A stretch of 63,539 nucleotides of DNA, the filler included, from Collodictyon triciliatum (Eukaryota), in NCBI GenBank assembly GCA_043381765.1. It is 6 parts of 6 records of this genome, joined end to end, with 100 filler letters (N's around TTAATTAATTAA, not from the genome) between each part and the next. Parts side by side here need not be neighbours in the genome. Positions count along the whole stretch, not along the records: positions 27,881 to 41,716 come from JBHJMP010001911.1; positions 41,817 to 55,647 come from JBHJMP010001912.1; positions 55,748 to 61,542 come from JBHJMP010002027.1; 3 more parts are not named here. One strand, given 5' to 3'. Each line of letters begins with the position of its first letter. Positions within the stretch are counted from its first letter, which is position 1. Below, in pieces: positions 40,026 to 55,904 of this stretch. The translations under genes and the position numbers were made by a program. Below the pieces are notes generated by a model that had not been told where the DNA came from, made no database searches, and saw nothing but the letters and a program-made list of their open reading frames with translations.

Positions 40026-41716
40026 ATGGAGGCACGTAAAAGTCGAGCCAGCGGGAGCTTTACCTCACAGTCAGGACTTATAAATAAAGGTACTCAGTCG
40101 TGAAAAGAAACACTTTGCAGTATTATATCATCTGCTCCCATCCCATCCTTCCGCTAAAAAATAATAATAATAAAAATTCTATGATGTCAGGGCCATATCC
40201 TTTTCATCATTCATTCATTTATTCGCTCACCCACTCGCTCGATCAACTCGTTCATATCATTCCAAACTAGATGGCAAATGATGGTTGTATAAAGGAATGT
40301 TGTTTTCTGATTATTCTTTGCTTTGTTCCAGTAGGTATGGGGCAACACGGCGCTATCTTTGGAGTCTCCATATCTACTGCAAAGAGTCGAAACAAAAATA
40401 AGTGTGATGTCCCCACTGTTGTGGATGAATGTGTAAAGTACCTGGAGACAAAGGGTACTCTCTTTTTTTCTTTTTTTCTTTTTTTTTATTACTTTTTTAC
40501 TTTTTTACTTTTTTACTTTTTTATTTTCCTTTTTCTCTCGGTTCAAACAGCAACACAAATAGTAAACAAACATGCAGAAATCACTATAGTGTTTTTTTTT
40601 TTCAAATCAAATACATTATCTGAAATGCCACTAAGCTCATTTCCCATATTTCATTAACCAATATATTTAGAATTGCGCTAAATACACACGTCAAATACCC
40701 CTTCGCTAGGCTTGCATACCGAAAAGATTTTCATGCAAAGCGTCAGTATCCTACAAGTTGATAAACTTCGGAAGTTGTATGATACTGGTTTGTAAAGATT
40801 ATCAAACCTTGTCATACATTAAGTTTTTCTTTTTCATGCGAAACTGTCCTTTGTTATTCAGATATCTAAGATATTTTGAATAAGGCGCCAACATTGAGTA
40901 TGAAAAAATGAAAAGAATCATACAAATGACACCATTTAAACTTAAATTACTCACGTTTTATTTCAGATAAGTGTGCGTTCTTATCCAAAATCACTGACCC
41001 TCATGTCGTAAGCTCCTTACTGAAGTTGTATCTCAGTCTTCTTCCAGAGCCTCTTTTGCCATGGTGCTACTTTGGTGATGAGGCCATACCAAGTAATCAT
41101 ACTGGAGTGATAGCGTTATTTGAAATATGTCATATTGCAGTAGACTCGAAAACCTATGAGGATTAGACGATTATGCAGACCATAGTCTGAGTTTTCAAAT
41201 CCTCAAATTTAGAATATCATCTAATTATATTTGATTTCAATAGGATACGACGACGATGAGCAATATCACATATTTATCCTGTCCAAAATAGAAAAAATGA
41301 ACACAGATCACAAAGCGGTTTTAAAAGCTATTAGCCTCCTGTTAAGGTATTTGGAATTTTTTTACCTTTCCTCCAAGACAAGAAAAGAACAAAAACTTGA
41401 AACATATTATGTCCGTTTCTGTTTACAAGTATGTAATTAACATAAATCGCATAGGAAGCTTTCGCTACAAAGCCATGTAAATCACATGACCTCTGCAAAG
41501 CTAGCAGAGGTTTTTGCACCACTCATCTTTAGTGTAAGCCCTGTGACCCAGAGTGGAATCAGTATCGCTGAGTACATCATAAGTCACAGCCACGCCATCT
41601 TCAACGTAATCTACAATCGACTCTCCTCTTATATATTTGAGGTAGTTAGCGTAGAAAACACTTTTTTCTCCCTAATAGCACCACCAGAAAGCACATATGT
41701 TCAACGCCAAGGCATC
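40026..41716 (+). CDS. RhoGAP-domain protein, multi-exon, 3'-truncated by the contig end
   Basis: IFGVSI, VPTVVDECVKYLETKGLHTEKIFM, DPHVVSSLLKLYLSLLPEPLL and NHMTSAKLAEVFAPLI. Confidence 0.85.
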
Positions 41717-41816
41717 NNNNNNNNNNNNNNNNNNNNNNNNNNNNNNNNNNNNNNNNNNNNTTAATTAATTAANNNNNNNNNNNNNNNNNNNNNNNNNNNN
41801 NNNNNNNNNNNNNNNN
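41717..41816. other. Artificial contig spacer, followed by a long poly(A)/(AAAAC)n run
   Basis: 44 N + TTAATTAATTAA + 44 N. Confidence 0.97.
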
Positions 41817-41912
<96 letters not shown>

Positions 41913-42037
41913 AAAAAAAAACAAAAAAAAAACAAACAAAACAAAACAAAACAAAACAAAAAACAAAACAAAAAACAAAACAAAAAACAAAACAAAAAAC
42001 AAAAACAAAAGAATACTTCGTCCACAGGAGGGAAGCA

Positions 42038-44500
42038 TGATCGACGTCAGCCTTCTACTTACGGTCGCAGTAGCTTCTTTCGTGGTAACATTTGCGAATC
42101 CATGACTTTCGAGGCCTCCTCACCCCAACATATCCTCGCAAGAATCACGAGTATCCATTCTTTTCTTTCTTCACCTTCCCTGTCATAATTCCCGAGCTAC
42201 CACAAATACTCATCATTCAGCCCTTCTTTTACTTTTTTTTTATTTATTTTAAAAAACAATAACAAAAAACAATAGCAAAAAACAATAACAAAAACAAAAA
42301 CAACACAAAAACGCTTTCTCCCCTGTCTTGCTTCACACACATCGCCTGCGTGGCACGATAATCCACTCAACGCAACAAACAAGAAACCACCGAACCATCG
42401 CATTCTCTTCCATATCACAATACCTGTGCGGGACTTTCTGCTTGGCTCGCTGATGCAGAAAGTTGTAAAAGACATGCATACATACGTATATCTCCAACTT
42501 ATCGTAGATCGTCCTGTCCATTCTCTACATATTTGTCAGAGTTGCAATAACCTTCCCGGATGTTATCCCCGGAATCCGCCGCTCCGACCTGTCGTATCTC
42601 GACCCAACGAGGTTGTTTCTTGTTCTCAATTCGACTGATTACCTGATGAATCATGCTCGCTGTATCCACATGATTAGTAATTGGTTGTGGCCGTATAGTT
42701 TATTCTTATCCATCATTTAAATATGGATGCGTGCTAATGCAAGTCAATGAACGATTTCCACTCACTTAGAAACGTCAGTATTGATTTCCCGTCGTTGGAC
42801 TCGGCTGCGTCGGTGGACATCACAGTTGTTGTGCCTGCGTATAATGAGGAATCAAGAATCTCCGATATGCTGCAAGTAAACGGGATTGTTATCTACCTTT
42901 TTCGTTATTACAATTATTGTTATTCACCAAAAAAATGAGAAAGAAAAGAAATTAATCTTTTGATGTTCAGCTATTCTATCCTTTTTCTTTTTGATAATGA
43001 ACTCTTTTCTCTTCCATGTATTCAATTAGAGACCGTCTTTCATTATTTTTTCGTTTTTCTTTCATTCTTTCTTTCTTTCCAATCCTGCGCAGAATGACAT
43101 AACGAATCGCCCGTATATTCAATAATCTAATCTTACAGGAGGCCATCAATCATCTAGAATCAAAAAAGAAAGAAAAGGAAAGCTTCAAATACGAAATCAT
43201 CGTCGTTGATGACGGCAGTGCGGTATATTCATTTCCTTTCGATTTGCCATGATTTATTCTACCATACCTCGACAACCTATGAAGGAAGAAGGGACTAAAG
43301 AATTTACAAAGCAGAGTGTAAAACACAACCAAATGTGTATCATTTTTTTTTAATTCACAGCATCCATTTTTCTGTTTTTCTCTCTCTCTCTTTCTCTTCC
43401 ATTATTTAATCTGCTCTTGTATTGTATTTGATAGGCACTAAACATAATCTCATACATTCTTTTGTACCAAAGGACAAGACATCGCTCGTGGCGACAAAGT
43501 TTTCCCACAAACACGGAGTCGACATTGTCCGTGTCCTCAAACTGAAAAAGAACTGCGGCAAAGGCGGAGCCGTGCAACGCGTAAGTGAAAAATGAATTAA
43601 AAAAGAAGATAAAAATTAAAAAAAAAAAGGAAAAGAAAAATCATCTCTGTCAGTATTTTCCGACAGCCGCTTCACGCAAACATGAACAAAAACACGAACA
43701 CGAACAAAAACAAAAACACAGGGATTCCTCTGCGCCCGCGGCCAACGCATCCTCTTTGCCGACGCAGACGGCGCAACGCGCTTCAGCGACATCGACACAC
43801 TCACAAAAAAGCTCGACGAAATCGAGCAAAGCGGACTCGGCGTGGTGGTCGGCTCTCGCGCGCATCTCGTGCCCACAGTAGTCGCCAAGGTACTAATAAT
43901 AACAATATTAAAAAAGAAAAAGAAAAAGAAAAAGAAAGAGAAAGAAAGAAAGAAAGAGAAAGAAAGAAAGAGAAAGAAAAAGAAAGAAAGTGAAAAAGAA
44001 TAAGCAACACAGAACACGAATAAATGGCCAGAATGAGAATATAAATTACCAAAGACAAAGACAGAACGATGAGGATATTAGCGAATCCATATAGAAGGAA
44101 AAATGAAGTGATTCGAAATCAATCAATCAATCAATCAATCAACTCACGCATCCAGCGCAAGTGGCACCGCAACCTGCTGATGCACGGCTGGCACGTCCTC
44201 GTCCACGTGCTCGGGGTGCGGGGCATCCAGGACACACAGTGCGGCTTCAAGCTCTTCACGCGGGCGACGGCCCAGCACATCATCCCGACGCAGCATCTGC
44301 AGCGCTGGTGCTTCGACATCGAGCTGCTGATGCTTGCGCGCTGGGTGGGCAGCCCCGTGGGCGAAGTCCCCGTGCACTGGCACGAGGTGGAGGGAAGCAA
44401 GCTGCGGCTCTCGGGCGTGGTGCTGATGGCCAAGGACCTGCTGCTTGTGCGCTTTGCGTACCTCTTTGGCCTCTGGCGCCTCACCCGCTTGGTCCGCTGA
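42038..44500 (+). CDS. ALG5: Dolichyl-phosphate beta-glucosyltransferase (GT2 family), multi-exon
   Basis: N-terminal TM segment, then VVVPAYNEESRI, YEIIVVDDGS, NCGKGGAV, LFADADGATRF, GSRAHL, DTQCGFKLF, RWCFDIELL and EVPVHWHEVEGSK. Confidence 0.93.
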
Positions 44501-44911
44501 CGGCCCGGCCCTCTTCTTGGCTTGCTCCTGCGTAAAACCCACTCCGATGGACTCTTTCTTTGTCTCTGTGCCTAGTGCGGATGGTGAGTGTGCAAGGGAA
44601 GAAAAAAGACAAAAAAAAAAAAAGACATAAAAAAAAACAAGCCTAATTGGATGTAAAAAAAAATACGGTTTATAGGACATACGCGGTGTGGGGTGAATGA
44701 TTAAAAGCCATACAAGAGAGGAGGGAAATTGATTATTCTTTGTTTTAGTTTTTTTGTGTGATATTGTTGTTGCATAGTCGTTGGGGAATTACATGCACAA
44801 TAATGAAACAGAGATGAGGAAAGAAAGGGGAATTCTATTGGCGAAGTCGAGCGATGATTGTAGCTTGACTGCAGAAACAATAGGCAGGGACGGTGTTGTG
44901 TTCGTTGCTGG

Positions 44912-47789
44912 CTACGAAATCAGAACAGATTCTTCCGACGGGTCAATGACTCTACCCTACACAAGAAAGAAACACACAAGAGAATATAATAATAAAAAAA
45001 CAAAACAAATTAAGCACGACTCGTTCCTATAGAGATAAAAAAAATAATAAAAACCTTGCTTCTAAATCATATGAAAGCGAAACTAATAAAAATAAATAAT
45101 CTTAATAAGGATAACAATGAGAAGAGGAATCTTCAGCTGGAAATACACCTGTGGCATGGACGACACTTGGACCATCTCCACCCACGCTGCAATCCTTCTT
45201 TGCAGCGCAAGATTTGGCTGCAGCACAGCAGACTTTCGCGCCATCATATCGGATGCAGAAAGCGGAGTTATCCCGTACTTTGCCGCACTCGCAGCAGGCA
45301 GAGCCGGGGAACTCTGAAACGGACTCGGAAGACCCTGAGCAGCATATGCAGAGGTAGAAGTCGAGGAAATGGCAGCGCCGGTGAGATTCATGCCGTTTGA
45401 TGCAGAAGTCAGAATCGCAGCAGATACCGCGTCAAGGCTGAGACGGTCGTATGTCCTGCCGTCCGTCCCAACAACGGGGTCTGTCATCAGTCTGTTGCTG
45501 AGAGGACATAGAAACTCGACGGGCGGGATGCGCTGCAGGAAGGCGGCAAGCTCTTTGAGTGCTCGATAGAGACCCGCGGCTGCATCCTGCGGGATGCAAA
45601 GTTCGCTCACAAGATGATGCAGGCTCAGATACGGCAGGCACTCGGCTGTCACACGGTGGGTCCAGAAGTCCGGCACATAGGAACCCAGCCCGTTCTGCTG
45701 CAGAAGCCGCGCTATGGTGTTTGTGCTGTTGCGCTCGTCCCGGCGAATCATTTGGATTGGATCTGTTGGTGGGAGAAGCTCTTCGCCTTGGCCCTTGCAC
45801 AGAAGGTCGATGGCCCGCACCATTCGTAGCCTGTCGCCAAGGATGGTCATGCAGAGATCGGAGCGGAGTGACTCGTCTGTCTGCCGAAGAAGCCTTTCGC
45901 CGTTCATTTCCAGCGCTTTCCATCGCGCTTGGTCGATCGGGGCATTGATGATGGCGGCGAGAGATTCCAGCTGGGACAGCTCCAAAGTCTCGGCCTTCTT
46001 CTTTGTTTGGATGTGCTCTTGTATGGCCAGGTGTTGCTTGTCCACTTTTTGTGCGAGTTGGACTGACTTGCTGGGCAGGTCTAGGCAGAGGAGCCCAAAG
46101 AAATCCCGCTGCAGTCTGTCCAGTTGTGTTTGGGCCTGTTTTCGGATTGTGTCGTATTCACGTGCAAGCTGCTGCAACTGGCGAAGTTGTATCTCAAGAC
46201 TGTGGATTTGCAGCATATACCGCTCATAGACTCGTGTTGCCTCAGAAACCTGTGCTTTGATGCGCTCATACGTCACCGATGTCTCCCGATACGCTGTTCC
46301 GATGCAGTCACGCATGACACGGCTCAACTTCAGCTGTGTTGGGACGTCTAGTTTGCCAACAGATTCGAAGGAAGGCAGGCAGATGAGACGAGAGGATATG
46401 GCTGCTATTTCAGTCCAGTTGCCTGACTCTGCGCTTAGAACCACGTATGGTTTGTTAAGGCGCAATGTTTTAAGGTAGAATGAGTTTGCGTAGCATGGGA
46501 GCGTTGTTATTCCTTCAGGGATGGAGTATACCTAGTGTTGCGTAAATCGCATGGTTATGAATTCCTGACTGTGAACACGTTTAATGCAACTCATGGGAAA
46601 AAGAGAGGGATGACCTATTTTCATAAAGTGTTTCATTATCGTTCAGTGATAAGGATTACCGGGTTGTTTTTTATGTTGAAATTCTCGAGGTTCGTCAGTA
46701 AGGTAACGGACTCTGGGATGCTGCTAATCTACATGCCAATAGAATTTCAGATCATGAAGATGTTAATGCGTGATGGATCAACATAAGAAACTCAATTCTT
46801 GCCACTTCACAACATGTGATGTTTGTTTGTACTTGATTCCCGTTGAAATCATATCCGAGATATAGATATTTGAGACTGCTCATCTTGCCAATCAAATCAG
46901 GAAGCCGGCTAAGCTATAAGCGATTGCAGAGATATTAAATTTTCGTGAAATGCCAGAGAAAAGATAAGAAAGTCGAACTTGGATGACTGAATTATTGGAA
47001 GATGGATGGAGTTTCTTGTTTGAATTACTTGGTTTGAACTTGCGCTGATTTCCTCCAAGCACGTTAGATCGACGATAGAGTCCGGTAGTCTTGATAACTA
47101 TTAAAAGTTTCCCCCATAAAATCAGCAAAAACAGCTTCCAGATTTTTTTTTTTTAAAGGTTGAAGAAGGTCATAAGGTCAAATAGTGTCCAGTGTATTTT
47201 GTCTGATTATAGGTCAATTAGTCCCCCAAGTCAGACCTGATTCTTTTCCACGTACAAAATCTTCAAGTTTTTCAACAGTCCGATGGTATCTGGCAGCGAA
47301 GTGAGCTTCGCATTGGTTCAGCAATACCCAAGGATTAGATCATGAAAAACTGACCATATTTCAAGTAGATCGCGTCAGTATCTAAAGCAAACCTGATTCT
47401 TTTCTAGCCAAAGCTTTGTCAGCCCCGTCAGCAGCCCGATAGAAGCCGGCAGCACAGAAACCTGCGTGAAGAAACAATCCAAGTCATTCACCCGTGGATT
47501 AGCTACAAAGATGTTGAAGCAAACCCGCAAGTAACAGCAAATAGGTATGAAACACATTCCATACCAAAGTATTGTCGCAGTAGAATTCTTTTAGATTGGT
47601 CAAAGTGGACGGGAAATCAGGCAGCGACTGAATGTCCGCGCGGCTTATGCGCAGCGCAGTTGCAGATAGGAACTGAGCTTCCGTCGTGATTGTCTCGCTT
47701 GTCCAGCCACTCGTCACACGCAGACTTTGCCACAGAGCCAAAAGCGACGGTGCTGCAGAAGCGGCAAGCGCAGCGCTCTCTGGATTCAT
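44912..47789 (-). CDS. LRR - coiled-coil - SAM - U-box protein (putative E3 ubiquitin ligase)
   Basis: The LRRs follow LP.SIG.L..L..L.L..NQ. A coiled coil follows, then SAM-like LLQQNGLGSYVPDF..VTAECLPYL..L..ELCI, and U-box PVEFLCPLSNRLMTDPVVGTDGRTYDR..LQPNLALQRRIAAW. Confidence 0.85.
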
Positions 47790-48715
47790 CTTCTGCTCCG
47801 CTTTCCGCTTGCTTTCAAAGAATGCGATGCAAGGTGCTCTGAAAAAAAAAATAAAGAGGAAAAGGAACAGAAAGAAATAAGAGAGTTTGCTTTTCTTTCT
47901 TTTTTTTTTTTTTTTAAGGAACGCTCATCCTTCAATGCAGGCCACGGTTCCTGTAAACTTGGACGGTTGTCTGAGAACCGCGGCGATCGCCCGCAGAAAT
48001 GGCCTTCGTGCTTTTCTGACTTTGATCGATGGGCTCCTGAAAGAGCGACTATCTTTGACGCAAAGGCGTGATCTGATTCGCCCTTTGCCCAAATCAAGCA
48101 TTTTCTTTTCGGTGCTCGGTGATCATTGATCGATCAAGCACCGTCCAAAAAAGGAAAATAAAATCAAGACACACAAACGAAAATTGGAAATTCGTCCGAA
48201 ATGTGGTGCATGCGTCGTCCTTTTATGGAAAGGTATCCTTTCGGCGAAGTGCTTCGAGGGCGGAGTGAGATTCAGCGCGCGTTTGTCTGGTTGGCTTTGC
48301 TACCGCGCGGCTGGGGTGAAGGCGCTCAGTTTCTTTGCTTCGTTCATTCTTGACGTTCTTCTTTTTCTTTGCCATGAGTTAGATATTCTAGTGCTATGTG
48401 AGTGTCGTAAAAACGAATCATCGAGACGGAGTGCATCGACCTTAACGATTTCCACAGAATTTCTGAGAGTGAAGGCGCGGATGTGGTTTGGCGCAGGCGT
48501 TTTCGTTGTTTGCTGTCACACCATCGTCACCAGCGTATCACTATGGAGGCTTTCTTATCATTTTCCAGCCTTGGCAAGTTGGATTTATCTGCTCACTGTA
48601 TCAAAGAATACTCTGATGCGAATGATTCCACTCGCACGATATAGCAAGCAATGAGGGTGATGTGATTTTTGCATGCCACACTAGGAAAACATGTCGGTGG
48701 GATGGAAAAACATAT

Positions 48716-50688
48716 TTATGAAGAGTGTTTAAGAATTGCTCGCCGCATCGATGTTATCGAGTCTGGGCCGACTCTACAGCAGCCTCCAATCAGAAGTGGT
48801 CGAAGAGTTTTTGATTCGGCTATATTCCCCATACGAAGAGCTATTTGGGTGGCTGGTGAGCTTGATTCGTGGAGCTTTTTCCACTCGTGCAAGGCGGAGT
48901 CCCAATCCTCTCCACTATTGGGGTATGCAATCAATCCAATCTTGTTTTCTGCTGGTATTATGTCATTGAGAGTGCGGATGGACTCTTCCACAATGTCCGG
49001 GTGGCTACAGTTGCACCCAATTCCAATCATCTGGCATAAAATTCGTGATTAGATATTTCTATCACTATAATTACAACTACAGCTACCACCATAATCATCA
49101 CTATTACTGGTTACTCACTTGTTTGGAATTCTTCAAAGATTCAAAAGCATCAGACAGAGATTCTCCGCTGGATAAAATGTTTTTTTCCTTGCATGTAAAA
49201 CTTATCCAGAATTGCTTGGTGGGGTGTTTCTCGGAGAACAGCCTTTCGATAATCTTTTGCGACCAAAAGCGACGTTTTCAATCAATCATATTTTATATAC
49301 ATACACTTCACCGTGTAAATGCTCGACTCGTAATTTTTTCCATCACCAGCTATGATATTAGGCATATGGTGTTGAGTAGTTACAAACCCTAGCTTCCCGG
49401 ATGGAGGGAATCGTTTCGCATGCATAGATGTCCACCGCTTCCTTGCTCATGGCTTCTCTACAAATGAATTTGGTTTGGAAAAAAGAAATAACAGTCATAT
49501 GGCTTTACTTTCGGCACTCTTGCAAATAATATTTCTGCTAAATAAAGCTGAAAAGTACTGTTCTTTAACACAGATGAAAATAGTCCTATTTCAGAAGTTG
49601 TAAATTCCCAAAGTAAAATAAATATTTTCTGTATTGTTTAACAAACATTTTTTCATCGTGGTATGTGTAAATCATATCGTCTGTGGCGCTTCCAAAGTCA
49701 CCCGTGTATTCCGCACCATTAGCAAGAAATGCACCTTTATATTATAAAATGATGAATAAATGAGCATATATTTGCTGCAAAATATGCCCCACACACCATA
49801 ACTTCCAATCGATGCCGCAACCATCGGACGAAGGCGGCCTGAGGGATTTCCTTCTTCGCATATCTTTTTCCACACACTGACAAGGATCGAAGCAGAAATA
49901 TCAGATGCTAATCAGCAATGTTAATTGTGTTATCGCCTACAGATATGTGCTACATGATATTTCCTAAACACTTCTATCAAACCCTTGGCTAAACGTGTCT
50001 ATGTGTATTGCGTTACATGTCTCGTGCCTCCGCCGCAAGTCGGACACTTTGCTGAAGATACGCAGAAGCCTCATCTCTGCTGTAACCCTTTTTCATGAAA
50101 CCCTCGATCGAACCCTGAGATTTTGTACAGAAACTAAGATAATCGATGTTTGAATGAAATCAATGAAACAAATGAGACAAATGAAACAAATGAGACAAAT
50201 GAAACAAATGAGACAAATGAGACAAATGAAACAAATGAAACAAATGAAACAAATGAAACAAATGAAACAAATGAAACAAATGAAACAAATGAAACAAATG
50301 AAACAAATGAAACACACGAAACACACGAAACACACGAAACACACGAAACAAACGAAACTGTTACACTGATAACAAAAAAATCCCTGAAAGAAAAAAAAAC
50401 TACAGACTTATCCACGCATGATGATGAATAACTCTGAAGATAGCATAATTAACACTTGGGAGAACAAACTTGGTAGCTTGCTGTTGTCGCAACATCCGCC
50501 CCAGCCTCGTAAAAATCGACATGGGTATCTCGGATTACAGCAGGATTCTCGCATAGTAGTCGCGCAGACCAGAGCGAATCGCGAAGGGTTTGGCCGTATT
50601 TGCTCTCCAAATGAGTTGCCAGTCCGCCGTCCAGAACAACAAAGCGCTGTCTCTGAACAAAGCTGTCAAACACAGACAAAGAACTCAT
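48716..50688 (-). CDS. Homocysteine S-methyltransferase (MmuM/HMT/SAM4 family), multi-exon
   Basis: VLDGGLATHLE, LWSARLL, HVDFYEAGADVATTASYQ, VAASIGSYG, ACETIP, GIGCNC, YPNSGEDWD and IGGCCRVGP. Confidence 0.93.
50153..50357. repeat. 9-bp minisatellite (ACAAATGAA)n with variants, in an intron
   Basis: Direct reading. Confidence 0.92.
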
Positions 50689-51224
50689 TGTTTTTCCAGG
50701 GCTGCCTGACTCCAATACTACAAATAGAAAGCTTGTGAGACTCATACTTTTACCCTCGCGCCGTCTAAAAAAGTGAAGCATGCAATGACATTCCTCCTCC
50801 TTTTTTCTTCTTTTTTCTTCTTTTTTCTTCTTTTTTCTTCTTTTTTCTTCTTTTTTCTTCTTTTTTCTTCTTTTTTCTTCTTTTTTCTTCTTTTTTCTTC
50901 TTTTTCCTTTCTTTTTATTTGTGTGGGAACAAAATGCTTGGGTGTCAATTTGTGACAGACTAAAAAAACAAATAAAATAAAATACAAAAAAATACAGAAT
51001 ACAGACGCAATCTATGCGCTGCGAATTGTGTGACTCTTGCATACAACCTCTCTGTGTTTCCCATCCTTCTTCCTTTGCAAAGCCTGTCCGCTTCTCTTGT
51101 GCTTGTTTGTCCCTTTCTTCGTTTTCAACCGGCCGTTTCGTGTCGAAGACAAAACTCTACAGTGTTTTGCGGCACAGTGTCCCGCTACTTCATCGACGCC
51201 CGAGAGCAACAAAGACCCAGTCGA

Positions 51225-55000
<3,776 letters not shown>

Positions 55001-55445
55001 GAGCGACAGTTTCGCTCGGAGGTCCACCCGCAGAAAAGAAGAAGAAAAAAAGCACAATAATACAAACAATAGAGCAATTATGGGCTGAAAAGAATGGAAA
55101 AGATATTATTATAAAAAATGAATAAATAAATAAAAAAAAAAAAAGAAAAGGGAAGAAAGAATCTTATCAACTGTCGGAGCTGTGATGCCGGGATGCTCGC
55201 ATGAACACAACAAAGACAAAGACACAACACAGCACAAACGCTCGTGGGATGTGCTTCGAACTACTTTCACTTATCGCTTTCGTTCGATTCATATTCGATC
55301 CGAATTATTACAGTTTTTTTTTAAAAAAAAGAAAGAAAAACAAGAATATAAGCGACCTTCCTCGAACAATCGACTCAGTGGTGTTGCTGCGGCATACACA
55401 AAAAGAAAGAAGGAGCCGTATTCCAGATGGATATGCCTTCTGTCT

Positions 55446-55560
55446 TGTTTTGTTTTGTTTTGTTTTGTTTTGTTTTGTTTTGTTTTGTTTTGTTTTGTTT
55501 TGTTTTGTTTTGTTTTGTTTTGTTTTGTTTTGTTTTGTTTTGTTTTGTTTTGTTTTGTTT
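55446..55560. repeat. (GTTTT)n microsatellite
   Basis: Direct reading. Confidence 0.95.
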
Positions 55561-55601
55561 ATCGCTGGCTTTGAACACTCGAACACAGGAGACAACATCG
55601 A

Positions 55602-55647
55602 ATGGGCCGCCGCAAGAAATCGGGTGCCGCAAAGGCCGCTTCAGACT
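55602..55647 (+). CDS. Possible start of a gene with a basic N-terminus, cut by the contig end
   Basis: ATG GGC CGC CGC AAG AAA.. reads MGRRKKSGAAKAASD just after an ACAG acceptor-like site. It is too short to identify. Confidence 0.3.
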
Positions 55648-55747
55648 NNNNNNNNNNNNNNNNNNNNNNNNNNNNNNNNNNNNNNNNNNNNTTAATTAAT
55701 TAANNNNNNNNNNNNNNNNNNNNNNNNNNNNNNNNNNNNNNNNNNNN
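55648..55747. other. Artificial contig spacer
   Basis: 44 N + TTAATTAATTAA + 44 N. Confidence 0.97.
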
Positions 55748-55904
55748 AAAAGAGAGATAAAAAAAGAGAGATAAAAAAAGAGAGATAAAAAAAGAGAGAT
55801 AAAAAAAGAGAGATAAAAAAGAGAGATAAAAAAAGAGAGATAAAAAGAAAGGTAATAAAGGAAAGATAAAAAAGATGATATGGGTAGAGAAAAGAAACCA
55901 TACA

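Noticed and set aside
32937-41716. RhoGEF and RhoGAP on one contig as a functional cluster
   Set aside because: Both families are large in eukaryotes and eIF3j lies between them, so chance proximity is sufficient.
50093-50431. Repetitive ORFs (NET)n, (MKQ)n, (FIC)n, or a CRISPR-like array
   Set aside because: This is a spacerless 9-bp intronic minisatellite, open in all frames only because of its composition.
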